Part shown: positions 52,792-64,000 of the stretch, piece after piece
How the letters are laid out: every line of letters starts with the position of its first letter
How positions within the stretch are numbered: the first letter of the stretch is position 1
Origin: Pseudovirgaria hyperparasitica
Taxonomy: Eukaryota
DNA: 64,000 nucleotides
Assembly: GCA_010093815.1 (NCBI GenBank)
Contig: ML996577.1
Reading direction: 5' to 3' (one strand)
The notes under the pieces: model-generated
The model's input: only the letters and a program-made list of their open reading frames with translations
Told to the model about the DNA's origin: nothing
The model's database searches: none
Translations under genes and position numbers: made by a program

Positions 52792-55700
52792 ATGACTTCC
52801 ACTACGTCTACTCTGACAAGATTCAAGCCCGTCATTCTATTTACAGCCGGTGCTGCCGCAGCCCTAGCATCCTACTATCTCTACATCTCATCAACGCCTC
52901 CGACTGGTTTACAGCGCAGCAATGCCGTTCGCGAAAGGCACAGGCGACCGCCGGCACACCCTACCCGAGACGCACGCCATGAACGAACAGCGCAACCTGT
53001 CTATCCAGAGGGCGGTACCGAGGGTGTGCTCGAGCGACTCGCAAATATTGACCACGATTTCGTGTATGGGGAGGTACGACACTTTAATACAGCTATTCCG
53101 TTGACTCTACGGACCATCGCTCCATTAGAGATACGGAATCGGCTTACGCCCTCGGTGCTCCCCGACACCGTTCCCGATATTGATTGGGACAATGTTGTGG
53201 ATGAGGTGCACAGGGACTTTATACACCATTTTATGAGGGTGGAATTTGCCCGTCGTCCAATCGAACTGGACGAGCTGGTAGTAATATTCTACTGGTTGCT
53301 GGATCGACTTGTGAGGGCGGAACTGATCGCGGAATGCTTTTCTGCATACTCTGGAGGGATACCGGATATTGGAGCTCGACTACAGCAAGAGACGACTGAG
53401 CAGCCAGGCACTTCGGACCACGTCGAGGTAGTCGAGGTTCCGGAGACAGAAGCGTCGCATCGCGTTTTCGATGACGCCGAGGACGACGGACAAGTGCTTC
53501 AAAGAGCTGTGTACTACATCGCAGAGGAGCGCACGAAACAAGAGGGCGTTATCCATAGAGGCATTACGTGCGACCAGTGCGATACACGACCTATTCGAGG
53601 CATCCGTTGGCGCTGTGCAAACTGCGCAGATTTTGATCTTTGCTCGTACTGCGAAGCCGACAATCGTCATGACAAAACGCACATCTTCTACAAAGTCCGC
53701 ATCCCAGCCCCGTACTTGGGCTATCCCCGACAGCCCTTCACGCCAGTATACCCCGGCAGGCCTGAGATGATGCCAAACGATATACCACGCGAAGTCAAGA
53801 AAAAGATGATGAAGGAGATTCCCAAGATGCCATACGAGGAGCTTGATGGACTATGGGACCAATTTACTTGTCTGGCTAATGCAGTCTGGAAAGAAGATCC
53901 AAACGGGATAGGATGGGCAATTGACCGGAAGGCCTTTGATACGGCTTTCATACCGCACTACTCTCTGTCGACGTCAACACCGAACCTTATATACGACCGT
54001 GTTTTCGCTTTCTATGATTCAAATGGTGATTCACTCATTGGGTTCGAGGAATTCCTACGTGCAGTGAGCTCGGTCCATTCCCGAAGTCAAGGTGTACGTT
54101 TACGGATCGCATTTGACGGATACGATATTGATGGCGACGGTCTGGTGACACGTAAAGATTTTCTACGATTATTCAGGGCGTATTATGCGATCCAGAAGGA
54201 GAGCACGAGGGACTACATTGCTGTTCATACCGAATCGCTCGGCGTTGCAGGGGCACTCGATACTATCATGTCGAGCCAGCCACTTGCATCCCACTTCAGC
54301 GAGATTCCGATTCCATCAGGAAGACGCAATAGGGCGCCACCCGACAAGAACAGAGATCAATTCGGTGATCCAGTCAGTACAGAGGCCGTGGTCTCGGAAA
54401 CCAATGAGGGCGTGGATCGAACTCAATTTCTTGAATACGAAGCGCTCATAGGACATCTTCGAGGCAGCGCTGACCGGAGTAATCGAAGCAATCTGCCCCT
54501 CGAGCGTTGGGAAAGGCGCGAATTCTATGTTGATGTGGAAGAGGGCTATAGTCCAGGAGCGCATATCCGTGGTGGCAGTCGACTAGATGAGACGAGCAGT
54601 ATGACAGCCGCGGATGGTACATACACAGACGCTACCTCAAATACTGGCGCCACTTCTGAGCCGTCCAAGGTATCAGATGACGGTGAGGATTCTACTACCT
54701 CTCACGGGCAAGCAGGTGGCATTGTTCAGGACAAAGCGAGTTCAGATGAAGAGAATACAAATGAAGAAACTACAGGCGATGGTCCGGCTGAGACCGGGAC
54801 CTTTGCCAGGACGTCAAGATCTTCTTCGAGAGTTCGCTTCCAAGATGACGTAGATCTGGAGACCAGATCCAATGCTTCCACTCATGCGTCAACGTCTTCA
54901 CGACCAGCTGGGGAGCGATGGGGAGGCTACGAGGTTCCACGGGCGGAGAAAGACCTTGGCAGGGAGCTGCTTTACCAGATCACCCAACAAGGCTTCAATG
55001 AGCTTCTAGATCCTCTTTTTAGAGAAAAGGAGGACCTTGCGATGGAGACATATGCGACCCAAGAGGAGCGCAAGAAATGGAGACATCTTGTGGAAGAGCA
55101 CATGGGAAAACCGATTAGTTCCTTGAACAATGTAGCAATCCTGGCATGTCTACTTGGTGTGGAAATTTTTGAACAAGACTTCCGACGCATCCTGCATATT
55201 ATCACCGACAAGCATCGCGAGGCCTACAAAGAGCTTGGCCCGGAGCGAGGCTGTTTGTCTTATCTTGATGATGTACGGGATGCTGAGCGACAGCTCCTGC
55301 ATGATAATGTCAAAATCATAGAAGAACACACCCAGGCTATAGCTAAAGCAGACCTTGACAACGCGATGGAGTCTCGCCAGAAAGTCATCAAGGAGACGTG
55401 GGAAAGCATTCGAAAATCGCTGTTCTCGACGAAACAACTGTCGTCGCTCGAAGTCGATGAGACTGTTCTGGATGCCAATATTCTGAGTCAACCACTCGAG
55501 AACCTGCTCGCGTCAGCAGGTTATGAGGTCGACGGGACTCTGGATCCACTGGAAGATGGATATCCACAAGAGCCGGCAGTTGACCAGGCTCATATTGCTG
55601 CACACATAGCAGATGCACGGCAGCAAGTCGAGGCCATGACGCAGGCATTTGAACAGGAACCACACGCCAACGCCTCTGACTATGTATATAGAGATCCTAC

Positions 55701-56358
55701 GCTTCCTCAATTCCGTCCAAACACAGCAGACGATGAAGTAAGAGCATCACCATCCACACCAGAGGAAACGCTGATGAGCGGCGCCATCCAGCCTGGTTTA
55801 TCCCAGTTCTCTCGCCTTCGCCTCGGTCTCCTTCAATCGCGTTACGCGATTCCAGGCGAATCTCAGTCGCCCATCGAGGTTTCCCCATCCAGCCCCGGTA
55901 GCTCCTCATACGGCAGTTACTTCACCAGCTCAGCCGCCGAAGAGGCCGCGTTTCGCGCACCCCGAACCGCTATCCCTGTCGTCGTCGACCCTCGAAGTAA
56001 TCCTCTCGAGCGTTCGGAAACGGCCGAGGAAATGATTCAGATCCTGCAGTCTGCTGCGTACATGCAGGACAGTTCGACAGTCTCTACCAATTATTCTCGC
56101 GAAGATCAAGCTGCACATCATGCTGCGTATATGACCGCAGCGAGGTATTTCCGCCCGGACCCCGAGGTTGGGGATCGAGTGCCGCCGGCCTGGAGACTGG
56201 ATCGGCTTGTGCTGCTGGAGAAGCATGAGAGCGAGATGAGGCAGCGCAATGGGGCGGGACGGATCACGTTCGAAGAATTCGAGGAGCTGGTGCGCAGGGA
56301 CGGGGATGTGGGCAGGCTGAGGTATGTTGAGAGGCTGCTGGAGAGCATCGGCATCTAA
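52792..56358 (+). CDS. ZZ-type zinc finger and EF-hand protein with N-terminal hydrophobic anchor
   Basis: HRGITCDQC..IRGIRWRCANCADFDLCSYCE..HDKTH (ZZ); EF-hands DSNGDSLIGFEE and DIDGDGLVTRKD; 1188-aa intronless ORF. Confidence 0.92.
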   Translation: MTSTTSTLTRFKPVILFTAGAAAALASYYLYISSTPPTGLQRSNAVRERHRRPPAHPTRDARHERTAQPVYPEGGTEGVLERLANIDHDFVYGEVRHFNTAIPLTLRTIAPLEIRNRLTPSVLPDTVPDIDWDNVVDEVHRDFIHHFMRVEFARRPIELDELVVIFYWLLDRLVRAELIAECFSAYSGGIPDIGARLQQETTEQPGTSDHVEVVEVPETEASHRVFDDAEDDGQVLQRAVYYIAEERTKQEGVIHRGITCDQCDTRPIRGIRWRCANCADFDLCSYCEADNRHDKTHIFYKVRIPAPYLGYPRQPFTPVYPGRPEMMPNDIPREVKKKMMKEIPKMPYEELDGLWDQFTCLANAVWKEDPNGIGWAIDRKAFDTAFIPHYSLSTSTPNLIYDRVFAFYDSNGDSLIGFEEFLRAVSSVHSRSQGVRLRIAFDGYDIDGDGLVTRKDFLRLFRAYYAIQKESTRDYIAVHTESLGVAGALDTIMSSQPLASHFSEIPIPSGRRNRAPPDKNRDQFGDPVSTEAVVSETNEGVDRTQFLEYEALIGHLRGSADRSNRSNLPLERWERREFYVDVEEGYSPGAHIRGGSRLDETSSMTAADGTYTDATSNTGATSEPSKVSDDGEDSTTSHGQAGGIVQDKASSDEENTNEETTGDGPAETGTFARTSRSSSRVRFQDDVDLETRSNASTHASTSSRPAGERWGGYEVPRAEKDLGRELLYQITQQGFNELLDPLFREKEDLAMETYATQEERKKWRHLVEEHMGKPISSLNNVAILACLLGVEIFEQDFRRILHIITDKHREAYKELGPERGCLSYLDDVRDAERQLLHDNVKIIEEHTQAIAKADLDNAMESRQKVIKETWESIRKSLFSTKQLSSLEVDETVLDANILSQPLENLLASAGYEVDGTLDPLEDGYPQEPAVDQAHIAAHIADARQQVEAMTQAFEQEPHANASDYVYRDPTLPQFRPNTADDEVRASPSTPEETLMSGAIQPGLSQFSRLRLGLLQSRYAIPGESQSPIEVSPSSPGSSSYGSYFTSSAAEEAAFRAPRTAIPVVVDPRSNPLERSETAEEMIQILQSAAYMQDSSTVSTNYSREDQAAHHAAYMTAARYFRPDPEVGDRVPPAWRLDRLVLLEKHESEMRQRNGAGRITFEEFEELVRRDGDVGRLRYVERLLESIGI

Positions 56359-56698
56359 AACGGCGAAGACATTGTCCTAGCCTTTGGGTTGTTGCATTGA
56401 ATCCGGCATATCTCCACATACCACACATACCTCCCTTTCTTCCGTCCTGAGCGAAGCCCGCTCGCTCGTAGGAAGGCTCAATTGATGACTTGGCACAATA
56501 TGGGACCCCAAACAAGCTCTTCGAATATACAGCTCAATGATTCACTCGCAGAACTTTGTGGGCTGACTTTGGTGTGTGCGGGCTATCTAGTGCCTCCCAC
56601 TTCCTCGGTCGGAGGTTCAACCTGATCTGGTGGGAGGGCGAGGGGTTCAAGCGGTGGTGTGAGCGGTACGCGCTCGAGCGGGAGATGGGATGGTCGTG

Positions 56699-56722
56699 AA
56701 AGCGAAGCGAAGCGAAGCGAAG
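56699..56722. repeat. (AAGCG)n short tandem repeat
   Basis: aagcg x4 followed by aagt. Confidence 0.75.
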
Positions 56723-59700
56723 TGAAGCCGAGCAAAAAGCGTGCTCGGCTGAGATTGTGATGTGTACTGTGTATGATGACGAGACGACGTTATGATGTGT
56801 GTGCATGCATGCGTGGCATAGAAGGGAGGGGGCATTGGTGGTGCGATTGGTGTGGCATTTATTGCGTCTGGAGGGGGTGGGAAAGGAGGTGTCACTGTGT
56901 ATTGATAGCTTTGGAGAGGGGGGAGAGGGGATAGAGATGGGTTGTGAGGGGGGAGGGTGTGTTTATTCTTTGTCTTTCTCTTTCTCATTCACTCATCTAC
57001 GGACGTACGTGCATGTATGCGCACGTATGAGCAGCGAGAATATGGAAGGGGGTATATGTCATGTGCGCTCTGTGAGTGGGAGTGAGAGTGTGTCTTTCTT
57101 TCAGACTTGTATTGCTTCTCGGGTCTGTACGGAAGTATTCTTGGGATATCTATCTACCTGACGAACACACTACTCACTACCCTGCCGTTGCATTCTCCTT
57201 TAGGACTGGTTCGTTAATCTTCGCATCTCTTCGCCGCTTCAAAAAAAGCAAGCAAACGGAAAGATACCATCTCACACTCACAATCACACCCACGCACGGT
57301 ACCGCGTAGCTTACTATACGTACAACACAACACAACCCGCACCGTGTTTTTGTGGTCAAACTCTTTGTTCTTCGCTGGTTATTGAGAGATCCGCCGGCAC
57401 TATGCATCAGCATAATAGAAGCGTGTGGAGCGTTGGATCTGATGGGGATCAACGTGAGCGGGATTTGGGACCTGAGGATGGGCAGACTCGTGCACGTAAA
57501 CGCACACATATACATACACACCCACATGCCAACGCCCACGGACACGCCCACGGACACGCCCCCGCCAAATTTGAAACTCGAATCAGACCCGAAACGCAAA
57601 CGCAAATCCAAACTCCCACTCCAATCCAACATCCCACCCCCACCCCCACCCCCTCATCCTCACATACCCAAACACCGACACAAGCCCGCCTCACAGCGTA
57701 TATCGGCGCGAACGGGGATGGGTTCCAGCCTGTAGCGTGGGCACTGAAGTGCTGGGTGGTGTTTATCGTTGTTCTTGGGATTGTGTGCTGGGTTTTTATT
57801 GTGTTGAAGCTGCATCGGAGGGTGGAGGGGTGGGTGAGGAGGATGAGGATGAGGGGGAGGGTGATAATAATGGGGAGGGAGGGGAGGGAGAGAATAGGGG
57901 AAAGTATGGAGGGGGGGATCGAGGGGAGGGAGAAGGTTGAGTAGGTGATATGTCTTGCACTTTGGCGGCTTCGACGTATGCCGAGTGTGGGAAACAACAT
58001 AACGTTTGGTGTCGCCTGTAGTCAGATCCAGAAATCTCCTTCAATATCCCCCCCAATAACGATGAGCGCATAGAGTGATAAGCGATGTAAATGGGGCGTA
58101 TACCCGTATAGGTATGTGCATGCGATGATGGCGAGCCATGTGTTTATTACGTAGTGCGTGTAGGTAGCACAGCGGCGAAAGAATTTATTTTGTGTGCATT
58201 CTTCGGCTTTTGATGTTGGGTACACGTACACATGCTAGTCTAGTCGTGTGTGGTACGTGGTAGTCGTACCAATATGGTCATCCATGGCTCCTTGTAGCGA
58301 ATGCCGGATGGGAAGACTGGGTGATTGATCGGAAGGGGGGTTTTTTGATCCTGGTCTGGCGGCTTGGAGTCAAGATACGTGGTTGAGGCTACTTGATCGG
58401 TTAGGCGTCAGCTGGGAGGTATGTGCAATGTAAGTTCTTGTCGGTATGTCTTGGCGTATGCTACGAGGGTTTGTTGTCGGTGCTATAGTTCGGAGGATTG
58501 TATGTAGTTCGCGCGGAATGGGCTTGTGATGTTTGGGCAAGTACATGTAGAGGTCTAACGAGTAGGTCGTGTGGCTGTACGAGGTCAAGTAGATAGTTAT
58601 TAGGAGAGCCAAGCAAGGATGTATAACAGTTGATGAAGCTATTGACCGACAGATATATCATATCAGCCACCTGCAGCTTGCACGTGGTAGGCTGTCGGCA
58701 GTCGCGGAGTATACACACACAGATAGCAGAAAGATGGCTTGGAAGGGTGTCGAAGTGTAACAACAGTGTATGTGGCTGCTTGTGGCTACAGATGGTTGGA
58801 GGTGGCTTTGTAGTTCGTACTAACTTTTGGTGTTCGTATTTTATATACTATCGCGACTGAATATACGCGTAGCCTTGCCCGGATCGGCAGTTGAGCCGCC
58901 GGTGTGGGGAAATCCCGCAGGCTCAATCCCTGCACCCAGCCCGTTCCGAAGCGCGCGGCATTCCCTCGGTCCCATACAGAGAACTTCACCCCCAACCATC
59001 TTCTTCGCTGCCTTCTTTGCTGATACATCACGCTCATGACCCAATACGCTGACCACACGCCAGCATTGCATACTGGACGGTAAGACAAATATGGGCTACC
59101 TGATGTCAGCAAGGCGAATCGCCATGCGGTGTACGAGCATTAGTAGCATGAAGTCATCGCGTACGCCGTTGGGTTGCACATCTCTCGTCTTTTTCCAAGT
59201 CGTCAACTCTATCCAATCTTGTTCAGAGTCTTGCGAATCCCATCAACGACGTGTCGCTGAATATGGTGCCGTTGTCGATCATGGACGCTTTGTTACTGAT
59301 GATCGTCAAATGTCCGAGTGAATTCGTATTATATATATTCGCCTAATTGCTGCCATTGCAGATATTGGCCTGATCCAAATATATCTCTCCGGCGATCAAC
59401 AACAACGACCATTCACCGATGCAAAGAGACCCTTCCATCGTCGCTCCCTCACGTCGTGGTACTAGTGTTTACATTGGTGCTGTCGCCGAAGTGTGGTAGC
59501 CACCACCTGCAATCACCTGCCGAATCCACCTTTGGTTCGCGTGGTTGGGAACACACTCACCACCGACTTAGCACTACAAGTAAACTCAGCTGGCCTTGTA
59601 GTGGGAGGGCAGTTTGTTCGATGCATCGCCGTGCAACCGCATTCTTATCGCCATTCGCTCATCATCAATAACTACTCTCGGTCGATAAGCCCTACTGCCA

Positions 59701-59902
59701 CCGCTTCATTTTTTTCTCTTACTGTTCACATGCGGTCACATCCCATGTTCATCTGTCTATCTGCACGATATAAGACGCCTGGTTGACACGACAATTCAGC
59801 CGCTATCTTGCTCTCCTTCGCGGGTATAGACTTTTGTATTCTTTTGTTCAGGATATTCTTTTTCTTGTCTTCCAGCACCCTGGGTTTTACGCATTCTCCA
59901 AC

Positions 59903-61820
59903 ATGCTGGGACTATCATCGATAACCGTGCTCCTTGCGTTGGCTACTCTGGCCATATCGTCTCCTCTCCAGCGATTGGAAGATCACATCACACAGATTGG
60001 CAGACGCCAGTCAGGGACTTTTGCCGTCACGGGTGCGACGGGCGGTGCCTACCCTCGCCTTGAGATTCGAGATATGCAAAAGAATGCGCCGCTGTGGAAT
60101 TTGTTTCTTGCGGCTCTGGAACGGTGGCAGGCGGTCGATCAGGATGACAAGACTTCCTACTTCCAGATAGCCGGTACGTGCAACTTTCCACATCAGCCAA
60201 TGTGGCACAACTTTCGCTAAATCTTCTGTGTAGCTATCCATGGTCAGCCATTGATACCCTGGGATGGCGTAGGCGCAACAGGTAGTAACCAAGTGGGAAT
60301 GTGCCCACATGACTCCAACGTGTTTGGAACGTGGCATCGTGAGTATATCTGAAAAAGTTATCATGTCACAGCTAATGATGGCTAGGTCCTTATTTGGCAC
60401 TTCTCGAAGTATGTACAACATGATAGCTGGAAAGACCTTTGGGACTAACATTTTCTCCCTTTCGCAGCAACTTCTTCAAGTACAGGCTTTCAATATCGCA
60501 AACTCTCTTCCCGATGGCGACACCAAATCCAAGACTCGTGATCTGGCAAACCAATTGCGGTTCCCCTATTGGGACTGGGCCATGAATCCGCCCAATGGAG
60601 GCCCTATCCTGCCAGACTCGGTCACTGCCCAGACTGTAACCATTGTGTATCCCGATGGAACGAAAACGAATCGACCGAACCCTCTCTTTCAATACAGATT
60701 CCACCCCCTGAAAGCCAATTGGTTCGGTGGTGCATACAACAAATGGGACCACACTGTCCGAAATCCAGCTGACGTCAACAACGTTCAAAGTCCTAGCAAC
60801 AATGGCGAAGCCGAGTCCAAACTGCAGCAGGGCCATGCCAATCGGCGTAGCTCACTCTACAACATTCTGACTCAGCATCAAACTTTCAATCAGTTTTCGA
60901 ACCATGGAACAGGAAACTCGCCGATTGGTAATCTAGAGACCATCCATGACGGAGTACATCAAGTCTTTGGCGAAGGGCACATGCAGTACCTCACTGTGTC
61001 AGCATTCGACCCAGTCTTCTGGCTCCACCACATAAACGTAGATCGCTTGATCACGCTCTTCCAGACGGTGTACCCCGATACCTGGGTTGAGCCATGGTCG
61101 CAACACGGAGACACTTGGGTGTACAAATCAGGCACAACCCTCAACAGCGACTCAGCACTCCTCCCATTCCATGCCTCCACCGACGGTCTATCAGCGTGGA
61201 ATTCTGCAGCAGCAGCAGACTGGACCCGCCTCGGCTACACATACCCAGAACTCGTCAACAGACCCTCCAACGCAAGCGTACGATCAGCAATCAACAAGCT
61301 CTACGGCAACAACCAAGCAGCCCAGAAAGGCATCTCAAGCCGAAAGCGCAACGCCAGCGGCAAGACCTACCTCGCCGCCATCGAAGCACCCGTACAAGCC
61401 CTCGACGGCCCCTACGAAGTCGAAGTATGGCTCGGCCCAATCGACGGTAAAACACTCGGCTATGGCCCATCATCATACGTCGGCTCCATGGCCATCCTCG
61501 CCACTCCCGGCATGAATATGAACAACGTCATCCGCGCAAGCGTGCCGCTCACCGAACGCCTAAACGAAAACGGCATCGCCGGCATACTACCCGACCTGGG
61601 CCTCGATAGCATCCTATGGAGCCTCAAGAAGGAACTGCACTATCGCGTCATGCAAAAGGGAGTGGAAGTGCCAAAGGAGAGGATTCCAGGCCTCAAGGTC
61701 GCTGTGTTTAGCGCAGACGTCAGTCCTGCGGCTACCGATGAGGACTTTCCCATCTGGGGCGATCTGACCAAGCATAACGACATCACGGACGGTTGGTCGG
61801 CGTGGGATGATGATACTTGA
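59903..61820 (+). CDS. Secreted tyrosinase / polyphenol oxidase with C-terminal domain, 4 exons: 59903-60173, 60234-60338, 60386-60408, 60468-61820
   Basis: Signal peptide MLGLSSITVLLALATLAISSP; CuA AIHG..CPH..FGTWHRPYLALLEQ after splicing 60174-60233, 60339-60385, 60409-60467; RFPYWDWA; CuB HDGVH..FDPVFWLHH; LGYTYPEL. Confidence 0.93.
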
Positions 61821-62152
61821 TGAGGAGGACGGGTAGATGTAATGTTGAAGGCTTGAGCCGCGGACGCATTTTCTGTTATCGTCTGGAACTTGGGGCAGTG
61901 TATCTGGTTTTTGCATAGGGAGCTGCATGTAAGAAGATTGAGTAAGTTATAGACGATTGGCCGGCTATATAGAGAGCCTGGACAGGTTTCATTATTAAAT
62001 GCTAGGAAGCTTTTCCAAATTGCAATTGTATCACAATCTTATATGTGAATCCTATGCATGTAAGCGAGAGTGATTCATTCTTTACACTCATATGTATCTT
62101 CTTCGCAGCCAGATAGCCAAATATATATCAACATTCACCACATGTGTCCTCT

Positions 62153-64000
62153 CTACTTGCCCCCATCCAACAACGCAGTCGCCGCCTCAATCTTCTTCAC
62201 AATGATCCCCACCCACTTCTCCGCATTATCCCAATCCCCAGCCTCAATGCTCTCCACCAAGCCCGGAAACGTCGCTCCGGCATACCCGGTCCAGATCCCG
62301 GGCGCAAAAACGACATGCTTGAACCAAGACCTTCCGTCGAGCCCTTCCTCGTGCAAAAACTGTCTCTCGAGCGTCTTGTATTTTGTATTCACTTTGCGGG
62401 TGAGGTAGTACAGCCGGACACGCTCCCACCATTTCCACGCTGGCGGGGGGTCCTTGAGACTTTCGCCGAGGTCTGCGGCGGATTGGTCCAGTTTGACAGA
62501 CGCAGAGTAGAGGGACGTCAGGACTTGCTCTATCGGCTCGAAGATGGACGCGTGCTTGGCGGGGGTGCCTTTCTGCGCAGTCTTCTTGGCGCGCTCGAGA
62601 TAGCCCGAGAGTCCGGTTGCATACTCCGTTGCGTTCAGAGCTAGGACGGGCGTCTCGACGAGTTTCGCCGCGAGCAGTGCCCAGACACGTGCGATTGTGG
62701 CATGGTACTGGAAGCTTGGATCGCCGAATTTCTGCATCCAGGAGAAGGAGTCGTAGTTTGAGTGGTAGTGATACACGGCGCTGTGTTCGCCTGGCTGGAA
62801 GCCCATGTCGATACTGGGGATGCCGGCGAAGTCCTGGAATGCGGTGAAGTCGGAACCGCTGCCCATCGTGGCGATTTTACCATCCCAGAGATCAGCGAGG
62901 GTCTGGTTCACGACGGTCTGGTTGGGTGACTGAACTTTGCTCAATGTAGAGACAAAGGCGGTGTTCAAGAGCGGCGCGGAGGCGACGTGAAGATGTGGTC
63001 CGGATGTGCCAACGTCAACATTCAGGTATGCGACAGTGGAGGTTTGGAGCCAGGGGAGGTATTCTTCGACCCATCTGAGAATTGTTAGCCTGTATATAAG
63101 ATGTTTGACAGCTTTGACACTTACTCAGTTGAGCCAATGAGCCCATATTCTTCGCCGTCCCAACTGGCGAAGACAATGGTTCTCAGTGGCTTCCATCCGG
63201 CGTCGAGTGCGGTACCAAAGCTTCTAACGACTTCATTCATAGCTGCTGAGCCACTGTTCGGATCGCCAGCTCCACCAGCAATCCATGCATCTCGGTGGTT
63301 GCCAAGCACAATAACTTCGTCAGCTATCGTTCCGTTGATTATACCTATCACGTTCCATAGAGGAGTGATCTGATAGTCTTGCTCGTTGGACAAGTTGATG
63401 ACAAGATCATCTGGCGTGGGTCCAATATTGTAGTCCACACCTTTGTAACCGAGTCCACCGCCTTGCCAAAATTTATTGAACTTAGATGCCTTGGGTCCGT
63501 AGCCATTGAGCGCCTTCAATAATGGTAGAGCTTCTTTGTACGAGATTGGAAGAGACGGGATTGAAGGGATGGCATGGTCAACAGGTTTACGCTCAGCACC
63601 GGGGAGAGAAGGGTAACCAGGTGTTGTTGGATCACCAGGGGCCATGCCTGAAGTTGTTAGATCCTGAGGTTTGCATCTTATTAGACAAATACTGACTCAA
63701 AAATTGAACACTTCCTCGCTGGACGCTACTTTCCTGTCTCGCAAGACCATGTGGGTAAGGCTTATCGCCATTCTCTTCTGTAACGCCACCGTCATCACCC
63801 GGGTCCGTATACATAATTACTCCAACCATTCCGAGCTCTTGAGCACGTTTGACTTTAAGTCCCCGAAAGACGCCTCCGTATCGAGCAAGAGCAATCTTGC
63901 CACTGAGAGTGACGTTAGCATCAACGAGGTCCTGGTAGTCGTAGACGGTGCCATAATTCACGTATACATAAGGAGCCGTAACGTTTCCTGAGGCACTATA
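62153..64000 (-). CDS. Glutamate carboxypeptidase II / M28B peptidase (Vps70/Tre-like), 5' end outside the window; exons >64000-63697, 63647-63125, 63074-62153
   Basis: PA domain (VNYG, ARYGGVFRGLKV), GDPTTPGYPS, GNHRDAW, GDPNSG, WDGEEYGLIGSTE|WVEE, GSGSDF, YHYHSNYDSF, WFKHVVFAPG; introns 63648-63696 and 63075-63124. Confidence 0.93.

Noticed and set aside
56534..59786. Multiple 70-183 aa ORFs between the EF-hand gene and tyrosinase
   Set aside because: Low-complexity, repeat-derived translations with no domain or coherent exon structure.

Overview
Eukaryotic, gene-dense window from a filamentous ascomycete (Pezizomycotina), judged from short (45-70 nt) GT-AG introns with CTRAC/CTAAT branch sites and fungal-type orthologues. 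I read about 20 protein-coding genes and worked out exon boundaries by hand: Ted1-like metallophosphoesterase, PRP8, an MFS transporter, a conserved uncharacterised protein, a Swc3-like protein, an ABHD12/Bem46-like hydrolase, mitochondrial EF-G, a SepA/Bni1 formin, a small membrane protein, formate dehydrogenase, a HemK/Mtq1 methyltransferase, SER1, a multi-pass membrane protein, RVB2, two intronless orphans, a ZZ/EF-hand protein, a secreted tyrosinase and a partial glutamate carboxypeptidase II. I found no tRNA, rRNA, CRISPR or intact mobile element. Most interesting: (1) the only PRP8 intron lies 3 nt from the empty PRP8 intein insertion site; (2) the FDH mitochondrial presequence is encoded by an in-frame, spliceable 150-nt intron; (3) recurrent C-rich-then-G-rich skew inversions occur regardless of gene strand; (4) a 236-nt structured intron in MTQ1; (5) a GC-AG intron; (6) a TpA-rich, possibly RIP-affected intergenic patch. 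All family assignments come from motif recognition, not database searches.
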